From Heptranchias perlo (lineage: Eukaryota), in assembly GCF_035084215.1 (NCBI RefSeq), contig NC_090354.1, positions 19,034,001 through 19,098,000 of the forward strand: 64,000 bases of DNA, written 5' to 3'. The translations under genes were made by a program, and so were the position numbers. Below, piece by piece: positions 51,160 to 64,000 of the stretch. Position 1 is the stretch's first letter. Every line of letters starts with the position of its first letter. The notes beneath the pieces are model-generated. The model saw nothing but the letters and a program-made list of their open reading frames with translations, did not search any database and was not told the origin of the DNA.

Positions 51160-54100
51160 AGCTCCTATAGGGGATTCAATAGTTAGAGGAACAAACAGGC
51201 ATTTCTGCATCCATAGATGTGATTCCAGGATGGTATGTTGCCTTCCTGGTGCCAGGGTCAAGGATGTCGCTGAGCGGCTGCAGAACATTCTGGAGGAGAA
51301 GGGTGAACAGCCAGAGGTCGGAGTCCATATTGGTACCAACAACATAGGTAGAATGAGGGATGAGGTCCTATAGGCAGATTTTAAGGAGTTAGGAGAGAGA
51401 TTAACAAGCAGGACCTCAAAGGTAGTAATCTCCGGATTACTCCCGGTGCCACGCGCTGGCGAGTATAGAAATAGGAGGATAGAGCAGATGAATGCATGGC
51501 TGGTGAGATGATGCAGGAGGGAGGGATTTAGATTCCTGGGGCATTGGGACCAGTTCTGGGGGAGGTGGGACCTGTACGGGGATTGCACCTCAACAGAGCT
51601 GGGAACAATGTCCTCGCGGGGAGGTTCGCTAGTACTGTAGGGCGGGGGGTTAAACTAATTTGGCAGGTGGATGGACGCCAGGATGTAGCATTGGAAAGAA
51701 GAAACAAGGTGCACAAAGGATTGGGAGAGAAAGATAGCACTAGAATAAGAAATGGTACAGTATTAGGTGGGATCAGACTAAGAGAGAGTACAAGAAAGTC
51801 TAAGATTGGTTTACAGTGCGTGTGTGTAAATGCACGAAGCGTGGTAAACAAGGTTGGTGAGCTGCAGGCACAAACAGCCACATGGGACTATGACGTTGTA
51901 GCGGTAAAGGAGACCTGGCTCAAAAAAGGGCAGGATTGGGTACTAAATATCCCTGGATACAAGATGTCCAGGAAAGATAGGGAAGGAAAGAAAGTGGGGG
52001 GGGGGGGGGTTGCGGTGGCAGTATTGATTAAGGAGAATGTTGCAGTGCTGGAGAAAAAGAACATCCTGGAGGGGTAAACGACAGAATCTATTTGGTTAGA
52101 GTTAAGAAACAAAAGAGGTGTCATTACACTACTAGGTGTATTCTATAAGCCACCAACTAGTGGGAAAGATATAGAGGAGCAAATTTGCTGAGAAATTACA
52201 GAGAGGTGCAAAAGCCATCAAGCATTGATAATGGGGGACTTCAACTATCCTAATATAGACTGAGATAGTAATAATATAAGGGGCAAAGAGGGGGAAGAAT
52301 TTCTGAAGTGTGTTCAGGAGAACTTTCTTGACCAGTATGTTCCCAGCCCAACAAGGGAGGAGGCATTGCTGGATTTGGTTCTGGGGAATGGGGCGGGCCA
52401 AGTTTTGCAAGTGTCAGTTGGGGAACATTTAGGGAACAGCGATCATAGTATCAAAAGGTTTTGAATAGCTATGGAAAAGGACAAGGACCACTCTAAAGTA
52501 AAAATACTCAATTGGAGGAGGGCCAATTTCAGTGGGATGAGAACAGATCTAGCCCGGGTAAATTGGAATCAAAGATTGGCAAACAAAACTGTAAGTGAAC
52601 AATGGGCGGCCTTTAAGGAGCAGATGGTTCGGGTACAGTTTAGGTACATTCACACGAGGGAGAAAGATAAGGCAACTAAAGCCAGAGCTCCTTGGATGAC
52701 AAAAGAGATAGAGAGTAAGATGAAGCAGAAAAAAGGGGCATAAGACAGATGTCAGGTTAATAACAGAAGTGAGAACCAGGCTGAATATAGAAAGTTCAGA
52801 GGGGAAGTAAAAAAGGAAATAAGAGGGGCAAAGAAAGAGTATGAGAATAGATGGCGGCCAACATAAAAGGGAATCCAAAAGTCTTCTATAGGCATGTAAA
52901 CAGTAATCGGGTAGTAAGAGGAGGGGTGGGGCCGATTAAGGACCAAAAAGGAGATCTACTCATGGAGGCAGAGGGCATGGCTTTTGTACTAAATGAGTAC
53001 TTTGCATCTGTCTTTACCAAGGAAGAAGATGCTGCCAGAGTCTCAGTAAAGGAAGATGTAGTTGAGATACTGGATGGACTAAAAATTGATAAAGGAGGTA
53101 CTAGAAAGGCTAGCTGGACTTAAAGTAGATAAGTCACCCGTTCCGGATGGGATGCATCCTAGATTGCTGAGGGAAGTAAAGGTGGAAATTGCGGCGCTAC
53201 TGGCCATAATCTTCCAAACATCTTTAGATACCGGGGTGGTGCCAGAGGACTGGAGAATTGCAAATGTTACACCCTTGTTCAAAAAAGGGTGCAAGAATAA
53301 ACCCAGAAACTACAGGCCTGTCAGTTTAACCTGTGGTGGGGAAACTTTTACAAATGATAATCCGGGACAGAATTAGCGGTCACTTGGACAAGTGTGGATT
53401 GATTAGGGAAAGCCAGCATGGATTTGTTAAAGGCAAAATCATGTTTAACTAATTTGATAGAGTTTTTTGATGAGGTAGCAGAGAGGGTCAATGAGGGCAA
53501 TGCAGTTGATGTGGTGTATATGGACTTTCAAAAGGTGTTTGATAAAGTACCGCATAATAGGCTTGTCATAGGATTGAAGCCCATGGAATAAAAGGGGCAG
53601 TAGCAACATGGATACAGAACTGGCTAAGCAACAGGAAACAGAGAGTAGTCGTGAACAGTTGTTTTTTAGACTTGAGGGAGGTGTACAGAGGTGTTCCCCA
53701 CAATTCGGTACGAGGACCACTGCTTTTCTTGATATATATTAATGACTTGGACTTGGTTGTATAGGACACAATTTCCAAATTTGCAGATGACACAAAACTT
53801 GGTACTGTAGTGAACAGTGAGGAGGGTAGTGATAGACTTCAAGAGGATATAGACAGGCAGGTGGCATGGGGGTCACTTGGCAGATGAAATTTAACGCAGA
53901 AAAATGCGAAGTGATACATTTTGATAGGGAGAACAAGGAGAGGCAATATAAACTAAACGGCACAATTCTAAAAGGGGTACAAGAGTAGAGAGATCTGGGG
54001 GTATGTGTACACAAATCATTGAAGGTGGCAGGGCAGGTTGAGACAGTGGTTAAAAAAGCATACGGGATCCTGGGCTTCAAAAATAGAAGTATAGAGTACA

Positions 54101-56748
54101 AAAGCAAGGAAGTCATGATGAACCTTTATAAAACACTGTTTGGCCACAGCTGGAGTATTGTGTCCAGTTCTGGGCACCACAGTTTAGGAAGGATGTGAAG
54201 CCCTTAGTGAGGGTGCAGAAGAGATTTACTAGAATGATTCCAGGGATGACAGACTTCAGTTACATGGAAACACTGGAGAAGCTGGGATTGTTCCCCTTGG
54301 AACAGAGAAGGTTGAGAGGAGAGTTGATAAAGGTATTCAAAATCATGAAGGGTCTAGACAGAAGTAGATAGAGAGAAATTGTTCCCATTGGCAGAAGGGT
54401 CAAGAACCAGAGGACATAGATTTAAGGTGATTGGCAAAAGAACCAAAGGTGACATGAGGAAAAGCTTTTTTACACAACGACTGGTTAGGATCTGGAATGC
54501 ACTGCCCGAGGGAGTGGTGGATATTCAATTGGTGGACATACCATCCGTGGCTAACTAAGGAAGTTAAAGATAGTATCAAATTGAAAGAAAAAGCTTACAA
54601 TTCCGCGAAGATTAGTGGCAGGTCAGAAGATTGAACAGAATATAAAAGAACAGCAAAATATGACTAAAAGAATAATGAGGGAGAAACTAGAGTACGAGAG
54701 AAAGCCAGCTAGAAATATATAAACAGATGGTAAGAGTTTCTACAGGTATTTAAGAAGGAAAAGAGTAAGCAAAGTGAGCATTGGTCCTCTAGAGAGTGAG
54801 CCTGGGGAATTAATAATGGAGAATAAGGAAATGGCGAATGAATTGGAGAGACATTTAGCATCCAACTTCACTGTAGAAGATACAAATAACATACCAGAAA
54901 TATTGTGAATCAAGAGGTAAAAGGGAGGGAGGAACTTAAAACATTTACAATCACCAGGGAAGGTGTTTTGAAAAAAATATTAGAACTACAAGCTGACAAG
55001 TCCCCAGGTCCTGATGGACTTCATCCTGGGGTCTTAAAAGAAGTGGCTGCAGAGATAGTAGATGCTTTGGTATTAATTTTCCAAAATTCCCTAGATTCTG
55101 GAAGGGTCCCATCAGATTGGAAAATAGCGAATGTAACTCCTCTATTCAAGAAAGGCAGGAGACAGAAAGCAGGAAATTACAGGCCAGTTAGCTTAACATC
55201 TGTCATAGGGCAAATGCTAGAATCTATTATTAAGGGCACTTGGAAATCTCAATGCAATCAGGCAAAGTCAACACACCTTTGTGAAAGGGAAATCATGTTT
55301 GACTAATTTATTAGAGTTCTTTGAGGAAGTAACAAGCAACGTGGATAAAGGGGATCCTGTGGATGTGGTGTACTTGGATTTCCAGAAGGCTTTTGACAAG
55401 GTGCCACATCAAAGGCTACTACTCAAAATAAGTGCTCATGTGTAGGGGGTAACATATTAGTATGGATAAAGGATTGGTTAGCTAACAGAAAGAGAGTAGG
55501 CATAAATGGGTCATTTTCAGGTTGATAAGATGTAATGAGTGGAATGCCACAGGGATCAGTGCTTGGGCCTCAACTATTTACAATCGATATCAATGACTTG
55601 GATGAAGGGACCGAACGTATGGTTGCTAAATTTGCTGATGACACAAAGGTAGGTAGGAAAGTAAGTTGTGAAGAGGACATAAGGAATCTGCAAAAGGATA
55701 CAGATAGGTTAAGTGAGTGGGCAAAAATTTGGCAGATGGAGTATAATGTGAGAAAATGTGAACTTGTCCACTTCGGCAGGAGGAATAGAAAAGCAGTATA
55801 TTATTTAAATGGAGAGAGATTGCAGAACTCTGAGGTACAGGGGGATCTGGGCGTCCTAGTACATGAATCACAAAAAGTTAGTATGCATGTACAGCAAGTG
55901 ATTAGGAAGGCAAATGGAATGTTGTCATTTATTGCAAGGGGAATGGAACATAAAAGTAGAGATGTTTTGCTACAGTTATACAGGGCATTGGTGAGACCAC
56001 ATCTAGAATACTGTGTGTAGTTTTGGTCTCCTTATTTAAGAAAGGACATAATTACTTTGGAGGCAGTTCAGAGAAGGTTCACTCGACTGATTCCTGGGAT
56101 GAGGGGGTTATCTTAAAAGGAAAGGTTGGACAAGTTGGGCCTGTGTACAATGGAGTTTAGAAGAATGAGAGGTGATCTTATTGAAACATATAAGATCCTG
56201 AGGGGACTAGAAGGGATAGATGCTGAGAGGATGTTTCCCCTTGTGGGAGAGACTAGAACTAGGGCCACAGTTAAAAATAAGGGATCGCCCATTTAACACG
56301 GAGCCGAGGAGAAATTTTTTCTTTCAGACGGTCTTGAGTCTGTGGAACTCCCTTCCCCAGAGAGCGGTGGAGGCAGGGTCATTGAATATTTTTTAAGGCT
56401 GCGTTAGATAGATTCCTGATTATCAAGGGAGTCAAAGATTATAGTAGGTAGACGGAAAAATAGGGTTGAGGTCACAATCAGATCACGATCTTATCAAATG
56501 GCAGAGCAGGCTCGAGGGGCCGAATGGCCTACTCCTGCTCTTAATTCGTACGTTCGTATGTATGGAAGCAGATTCAATTGTGGCTTTCAAAAGGGAACTG
56601 GATAAGTACTTGAAAGGAAAAAAATTGCAAGGCTACGGGGATAGGAAGGGGGAGTGGGACTAGCTGGATTGCTCTTGCATAGAGCTGGCACGGACTCAAT
56701 GGGCCGAGTGGCCTCCTTCCACGCTGTAACCTTTCCATGATTCTATGT
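51160..56748 (+). mobile_element. Near full-length CR1 LINE (ORF1 SGNH-esterase relic plus ORF2 EN-RT), inactivated and interrupted by a second CR1
   Basis: ORF1 motifs GDSIVRG, CLPGARVKDV, HIGTNN and GLHLN (51160-51665). ORF2 motifs NARSVVNKVGEL, ETWL, GDFN, SDH, SPVPDGMHPRLL and FADDTK, with many stops. The 3' end resumes at about 56562 and ends ccatgattctatg. Confidence 0.93.
54532..56561 (+). mobile_element. 5'-truncated CR1 nested in the 3' end of the host CR1
   Basis: Second RT (ORFs 54905-55306 and 55535-56020) with its own 3'UTR ggcctactcctgctc and degenerate tail ttcgtacgttcgtatg. Confidence 0.9.
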
Positions 56749-57949
56749 TGCTCTTCTCTTAATTACCTATCACTTATCTTATTGGGAACCCAGTTCACTC
56801 GCTAACAAGATTTGTAACGGTTTACTAAAATATAGTGCTGCAATGTAATTAAAACTAACTTTGCATTCCACTAGATAAAGAATAGCATGGCTGGCAGTGA
56901 GATGACTATAATTTGATCTCAGGACTCTCGTGATTTTAATAAATGGCTCAAACTTCACTTTTGTATTTTATGAGATTATTACATCTATGTTCCTATGTTC
57001 CTAAATTACAACCAATTGACTGAGTCTTGTACCTCCCTACATTGCCAGCCATCGATTATTCCCCATATACTTCACAGTTACTCAATATCCACTATTTAAT
57101 TCACTGTCAATCTGCTGCTGTGCTCGAAATAACTCTCCTCACTGATGAGTATCTGAAATCTTTTGATTCACTGCCAGCTAGCTATTATCACCCATTAATT
57201 GATCTTGTGGGTCATTGGTCGCAGATATACATTTTAAGCAAGTATATTTAGAATATATATTTTTGTATAGTTTCTGCGATTCCATTACTCACCTGCCTTA
57301 ACTACATTTTGGTACTACATTTCTATATATCTCCTCTCCCAAGTTATATTCCATTTATTAATGATAACACATTTTTGAAGTTTAACCCAGGAAAAATCTG
57401 TTGAAACCTATCCATGATGTCATTTTATCATTATGATGCTATTCCTGGTTAAGGTCACATGGTTGCTACGGAGCAATGGAAGATGAGATTTTTTAGTAGC
57501 ATTTTCCCACCAATCAATAATACCATGCAAACCCAAAAACCAGCACATACCATGGAAACAGGTACATGGTTACCAGGGAACACAGGGCCATGACTGAACA
57601 AACGGACACCCCATCTTGTCTTGGACTGCCTTTCCCATTATTGGTCCAGAGTCCTGTCACTCAAGCACTTAGTTATCAGGCTAGTCACATGCTTAGGAGC
57701 AGTTATTAAGACTGCTGGAAAGCACCAGAAACAGAATAGTCACATGAGCATTATTGCTCAATGAGATTCCTAAAAACCATGCTCACAATTGTAAAAGTCA
57801 CATCACTATTGGCCAAGGGGATTGCTGAAAAACCACACAGACCAAATTTTTAAAATATCCTCGATGTAATCTTGCTGCTTTTTAGTCTTATGCATCCAAT
57901 AATTGACTGCTTCATATCTTCATGTTGATCCAACTCAGAAGAGTTAAGA

Positions 57950-58397
57950 AAGAAAAGAAAGAAGTTGCATTTATATAGTGCCTTTCACTACCTTTCATAA
58001 CCAAAGTGCCTCACAGCCAATGAAGTACTTTTTTTTTTGAAAAGAGTAGTCACTGTTGTAAGCAAACGCAGCAGCCAATTTGCGTACAGCAAGGTCCCAC
58101 AAACAGCAATGAAATAAATGATTCAAATCTGGTTTTTTTAGTAATGTTGGTTGAGGGATAAATGTTGGCCAGGACATTGTGAGAACTCCCTTGCTCTTCT
58201 TCATATAATGGCATGGGATCTTTTACATCCACCTGAGAGGGCAGACAGAGCCATGAATTAACGTCTCATCTGAAAGACACCACTCGGTGCTGCCCTGAAC
58301 TGTCTGCCTACATTCTTTGCCCCAAGTCTCTGGAGTAGAGCTTAATCTATGACCTTCTGACTCAGAATGCAAGTTTGCTACCATTGAGCCAAGGCTG
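57950..58397 (-). mobile_element. Full-length DeuSINE copy
   Basis: gttgcatttatatagtgcc tail, Deu domain and head ..ttctgactcaga..gctaccattgagccaaggct. Confidence 0.88.
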
Positions 58398-58479
58398 ATG
58401 CCAAAGCATTTAGATCAGTCAGACAAATTAAATTTGATAGTTAGGATGTAAAGTATTATATATTAGACAAAAATGAATG

Positions 58480-59115
58480 GCAGATAAACAATGTAATGCA
58501 CAGCATTAGCAAAGGGAGACTTAGAAAGGGATCTGGGAATAACGATAGGCTCGTCCATTTCAATGTTGAGATGCCATGGAGAATCAATTTTAAAAATGGA
58601 AGTCAATAGTACACATGGCTGGAACAGTGGAGTATATGCAGAGACCTATACTTGTCAGACCACACTTGGGAGTACGGAGTACAATTTTGCTCATGATACT
58701 TGAAAAGTGACACATATAAATTGGAGGCGGTGGAGAGACGAGCAACAAAAATGATTCCAAATGTTAAGGGGATGAGCTAGGAGGAAAAATTAGAGAGCTT
58801 AACTACTTCTCTAGAGAGAGAGTTAAGCAGGTGACATCATCAATATATCAGTATTAAATAATATAGATGAGATGTGTCCATAAAATTACTTCAAGGAATG
58901 TCAGGCTAGCAGCATCAGGGGACATACATTTAAATTGGTGAACAGTAAATTTAAAACAGATATATTACAAAAAAATCTTTGAAATATTTCTCCAGGTTAG
59001 GGAGTAGAGATTAAGGACATTCAAAATGCAGTTGAATAGGCGGCTGAATGAGTGAAAGGGAAGAGCTTAGACAGACCAAATGGACTTTTCTAGTCCTTGA
59101 CTTTTTCTTATGATG
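58480..59115 (+). mobile_element. Ancient degraded CR1 3' portion
   Basis: Remnants of LVRPHL, LEAVERRATKMIP and RGHTFKL, and a tail ttttcttatg. Confidence 0.7.
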
Positions 59116-59729
59116 TAAACTGGCATGAGTGACGGGAATCGGTTTAAACTTAACTAATTTGGCAAGTCAAAGCAAGTGACAGGCAGCCTTGGGATTACAC
59201 ACGACAAACTACGGCAAGCTAAACTGAGCAGCGAGCAGTCCTAATAAAACAAACATAAAAAAGCATGCAACAAGAAAACACCATTTGGCCCATCAAACTC
59301 ATTCATTCCACTAATATGAGCCTAGGCTTTCCATTCACCTCCTGCCAGTTTTCCAGTGGATCTGGAGCAGAGGGGCAGGAAATGTGATCTTGGACGTGCT
59401 CTGCCGTGTCCTCACCTCCCTCTCTTATCTGGAGAGCAGGCCCAATGGCATAAAGTGCACCCACCCATATATATGGATGGGGACATGCAAAATACATTAA
59501 GGTGAGAGAAACACTAGCCTGCATGTTTCTCACCATGTGCCCTGTTTGAACACTGGACACCGGGGTTGATTTTAAGGATTCAATCATTCATATCTCAACA
59601 GAGGAGACCCCAGGGTTTGTAAGAAAAACATGTTTTTCAGGCTTTTGATTGAAGATTGTTAAAAGCATCAACAAAACTATGTCTGCGTAACTGTCAACCT
59701 TCAGCTAAAGATTGCTTATTAGACACCAT

Positions 59730-60888
59730 GGGGTAAATTTTAACTTCCAGCCCAGAAGTGGGCGGGGGAGATTTCCATGTGCGAAACCTGGAAGGCAAAT
59801 GGGCAGGTCGCGATGAGGCCCATCAATTGCACTTCCGGGTTTTGCGCCCGGCAGCCAGCTTAATCGACAGGCTAGCCGGCTGTTGGACAGGAAGGCCCGC
59901 TACAGCAACCCACAGCCGGAGATCAAAGGGAGGGAAGAAGGGATCATAGGCCGGAGAGAAGATCGGGCGGGGGGGAGGAGGGGATGGGCGGGGAGTAGAT
60001 CATGGGGGAGGGGGTTCTAGGGTGAAGATCGGGGGGGGGGGCTGAGGAAGAGATGGGAGGGATTAAGGAAGAGATCGGGGGGGTAGAGGAAGAGATCGGG
60101 GGGGGTTGAGGAAGAGATCAGGGGCTGAGAAGATCAAAGGGTTGAGATGATGATCGGGGGGGCTGAGGAAGAGATCGGGGGGGGGCTGAGGAAGAGATCG
60201 GGGGGGGGCTGAGGAAGAGATCGGGGGGGGGGGCTGAGGAAGAGATCGGGGGGGGCTGAGGAAGAGATCGGGGGGGGCTGAGGAATAGATCGGGGGAGGC
60301 TGAGGAATAGATCGGGGGGGCTGAGGAAGAGATCGGGGGGGGGGGGTTGAGGAAGAGATCGGGGGCTGAGAAGAAGATCGGAGGTCGCTGGAGGTCGGGT
60401 GGAGTCAGAGGTAGGTGAGGGTCCACCATCGGGGGAGGTGGAGGGGGAGCGATCGTGCCGTCCTGTCGGCCAGGTGAGCTTGTTGGGCCTGGATGAAGCA
60501 CTCCTGCTCTTCCAGGCCCACAAGCAGTGCAATAAAGGCACTCGCCTCATGGATCCGACTCTTCCCGCCTGCTTTCACCTGACGAGATTCGGAAGCGATG
60601 GGAAATCTGAACAGGTAAGGTTAAATTAATTTTATTATTCCAATACACAAAATTTTAACTATCTCAAGTATCTCAGTGAGGTACACTGCCGTTTTAAGTA
60701 TCGACCCGCCGACCTTAAGTGGGGTCTGGACTTCCTGGTGTCTGCTCACCATATGCAGACAAATCTGCCTGGGTTAAACCCAGAAGTAGGCGTGTTGCAG
60801 CTGGGATAAAGTCCCACTCTGAAAACGGAGTATTTTTACACTCCATCCGGCCTCAACCCACCCGTTCTTGGGGGTTAAAATTTACCCC
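59730..60888. mobile_element. Non-autonomous DNA transposon with 15-bp terminal inverted repeats (Harbinger-like) and an internal minisatellite
   Basis: ggggtaaattttaac (59730-59744) and gttaaaatttacccc (60874-60888). Contains the shared core ctcctgctcttccaggcccacaag. Confidence 0.8.
60025..60381. repeat. G-rich minisatellite ctgaggaagagatc(g)n
   Basis: About 16 units with variable poly-G tracts. Confidence 0.9.
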
Positions 60889-60920
60889 GATGTCTCCATT
60901 ATTATTTAATGTTTATAGTG

Positions 60921-61392
60921 TGTCGGGGCATGATAAACCGTTAGTTGCCTGTTTCTGTATTGTTGTGGAATGAGCAGGAGTCAACAGATTGATTGATGTG
61001 CGGGCCCAAAAAGGTCCTGTGTGAACTAATGGGCGGTTGTAACCTATCAAGACTTAAAGCACACTAGTTAGAATATTTTCAGAGCGACTGGACAGCTCAA
61101 TACTGCAGGGTCATTCGGGTCTGATCAACCAGAAGCCTCGTTCTTTAGCCTGGTTGTATTGCTACATAACATTTTTACTATATTGTATTAACAACTTAGT
61201 GTGTTATAACTTTATATTGTATTTTTACCATCTTTATACTTATCTTGTATTGTAACTGTGAATAAAACCTTTATACTTTGAACAAACCACCTGCAAACCT
61301 TTTTCATTAAAGACCGAACCATAAACAGAACTTAGTGTTTTTTCCAGAGAGAGGTCTGTGCAACCGTTCTCGGAGCACAGGTTCCCATGACA
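60921..61392 (+). mobile_element. Possible solo LTR (about 470 bp)
   Basis: TG...CA ends with a short inverted repeat tgtcgggg / cccatgaca and AATAAA at 61261. No target-site duplication seen. Confidence 0.35.
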
Positions 61393-62089
61393 GCAGGTAA
61401 AACATTTTTTTTAAATGTTGAATTTTTCAGGCAGCCTCCTCCCATTGTGGCAAGCCCTTGTTCGGTGCGATTCCTTGGCAGAGTTCAGGGAGCCTGCCAT
61501 CCAGCATGCAAATGACCCTTGGGCCAGTTAGGGTGGCATCTTTGTAACGGGTAGACATGTGCCCTGATCAGGAAGCCTAGACGGTGAACCAAGTACCAAG
61601 TAAAAGTTCGACAAAGTTTCTCCTAAAGGCAGATCAAGCAAAATTACAGAATACCAATCTTATATTCTACACCATACACCCTTGACCATTTGCTTTTGTT
61701 GGCACAACACCTGCATGTTCCTGGCAGCCCAGGAACTGCCACATTCCGCACAACATTCAATCATCTCTGTAATCATCCTTATAACCCACCCTTTCATAAC
61801 CAGATCCAACTCCTTTTAGAGTATTAATCGCCAAAGTATTACATGCGCCCACTAGTATGTGGGAGAAAACCTGTTTCCATGAGCTGACTTTCTGAATGAA
61901 GCAGATAGCAGGAAATTTCAGGCACACCCCACAATTTTCCATCCATTCATTTCAATCGCACGTCTTGCTTGATGTTTCTTAATTTCGCACTCTTGTCCTG
62001 TAATTCTCAGCTCATTTATCTATAATCTGCTTGTATCTACGTACCTAAGATCAGACTTGCAAAATGGAAGCACCCAGTCTCTTACTTAC

Positions 62090-62310
62090 AAAGACAGTTG
62101 TTAGAAAATGGTGCACATTGCTACAGGGAGTAGTTAGGGCTTAGACCATTGTATCTTTTAAGAGAAAAGTGGATAAACATTCAAAACAGAGGAAACTACA
62201 AGGCTATGGGGGGAGAGCAGAGAGAGTAGGATTAATTTTGGATTGCTCTAGCAAAGAGCCAGCACAGATGGACCAAATGGCCACCTGTTATGCTGTAAAC
62301 ATCTATGATT
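62090..62310 (+). mobile_element. Degraded CR1 3' end
   Basis: gtggataaacatt..caaggctatggggg..ttggattgctctagcaaagagccagcacagatggaccaaatggcc resembles 56600-56745. Confidence 0.7.
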
Positions 62311-63395
62311 CACCCAAACGATGCAAGGTAGAGCAAACTTATGAGCGAGTGAGCTGTAAAGCACTTTATTAAAAATAAAAAGCTAATTTGTATAGAAGAG
62401 TGTATTCTGCTATATGGCATCACAGCCAAAGTGCTAAAAGAATGTGGTTAGCAAAATATTGAAACAAAATTAACAGATTTAATGGGATTTTAAGTTTTTA
62501 AGCAGCAAAGAGGCTTTATTAAATATTCCATTGTAAAAGTGGAGATATTCTTAAGAATAATGACAAGAAATTAAGCTTCCTTTTATATGGTGCTGGTTTA
62601 ATTTATCTATTGGTATTGCAGTGATGTGTATAAAGTAGCTTTCCATACATATTGAGTGTTAAATCTATTAAAAGTCAGCCTATTTTAGCAGAGTTGTTTA
62701 AGACTTTGAATAAGGATCTAAGCATTCCTGGCACAGACGTCAATGCAGATGTGTTGTTAGCCACTGGTAATTTCAATAATTACAGAGTGTGGTATTAAAA
62801 TCTCATCGTTCCTTTAAGCAGAACATCTACATATGCACAGCCAACAAACAACTGAATGCCCAGAATGCTATTACACTGTAATTACTTCATCCAGATTACC
62901 AATTACAAGATGTGTTGAGCCTCACATTTTCTCTCTTATGACGATTCTCCATCTTATCTCATGCACTATAAATCTGACTCCAACCTTGAATGATGCCTAT
63001 AGCCTTTCTTCACTTTTTTAATTTCACGCATAATGAATTGTTCTGACCTTGCAATATGTGCAATGCAGAATAGCTCCCGTGCTGTGGAATCTGACAGTTA
63101 TTGCATGTGTAGGGAGGAAAAAAACATTTAATTTTATAGTTTCAATGACAACATTCATTTCATTAACTGTCAGAAATCTTGTCCACTTAATGGACTTCTG
63201 CTCCTGTCTTAATCAAAGAGTTCGAAGTAAGATCAAGCCTGTCCTTTTAGTCACCTTGATATATCTTCTTACAGCACCTCACCCTCTCTGGCACCTCCAC
63301 TCCCAACACAGTGACATAAACCATTCTGCAAAACAGAATTGTGGCAGCTGGTGATGTTAGAGAAAGGTGTTAGAGAGAGGAATGGTGTATATATA

Positions 63396-63415
63396 AGAGA
63401 GAGAGAGAGAGAGAG
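63396..63415. repeat. (GA)n microsatellite
   Basis: About 10 AG repeats. Confidence 0.8.
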
Positions 63416-64000
63416 CTTGCAGAGATAGACCATGAGAGTATCAACATCAAAATTACTCCTGCTCCTCACCCATACTCCCTATCACTGACAAACTGTAATA
63501 AAAGTGTAATAAGGATCTGACATGTCAGTTTTTCCTTTATCCTGCCATTGAGGTTACTGTCGGGAGGGATTAAGTCTTGTTCCAAATACTGCAGATCCGC
63601 TGGTCACAACCTCTTTGATAATCAGGGATCCTGTCAGGAACCATTACATTGACATCCTTTTTCTTGGTGTCATGGTTGACATTTTCTGATTAGCTCTGCT
63701 GGTTAAAACCACACAGCGACGTAGGAATCACATGCTTTATTTCCTGCTTGCTTAGATTCTGAACGGTTATTGGTGGATGACTGGATATCTTAGCTTACTG
63801 TATCTCAGAATATGGAGTGTCCCTAATTGAATGTGAGCCAACATACTTACCACTGCAAAACTGTCCAAAGTGCCATTATAACCAAGTTATTGGGTGAGAA
63901 ATTGGACATTGTGCCCATTTATTGGTCAAAAACGAGCGTTGGGGAGACAAATTTTGGGTCGCGATCTCTTGTGCCAAATCTCCCCAAAAGTGTGCCAGCT

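Noticed and set aside
51544-56020. RT, endonuclease and esterase ORFs as functional genes or a novel RT system
   Set aside because: All are fragments of CR1 ORF1/ORF2 broken by stops and frameshifts.
60118-60550. Proline-rich ORFs
   Set aside because: Translations of the G-rich minisatellite.

Overview
Eukaryotic, repeat-rich vertebrate DNA. The repeat families (DeuSINE/SacSINE1-like SINEs, CR1, L2, Penelope-type ends) point to a cartilaginous fish, probably a shark; this is an inference. Only one host exon is recognisable: a 151-bp minus-strand internal coding exon of an acid-sensing ion channel, most like ASIC2 exon 2 (43137-42987). The rest of the window is therefore probably intronic. 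It contains CR1 and L2 LINE fragments (two nested insertions), at least five DeuSINE copies, LF-SINE-like relics, many MITE-like elements, a fossil PIF/Harbinger transposase plus Myb/SANT gene pair, and mini- and microsatellites. The most striking structure is a perfect 99-bp-arm palindrome (46588-46789) from a Penelope-like terminal repeat that carries a minimal hammerhead ribozyme motif on both strands. A second, decayed hammerhead motif lies at about 17140. The ASIC exon has Gln where ASIC1/2 have a chloride-binding Lys. Repeat family names come from recalled consensus sequences, not database searches, and most repeat boundaries are approximate.
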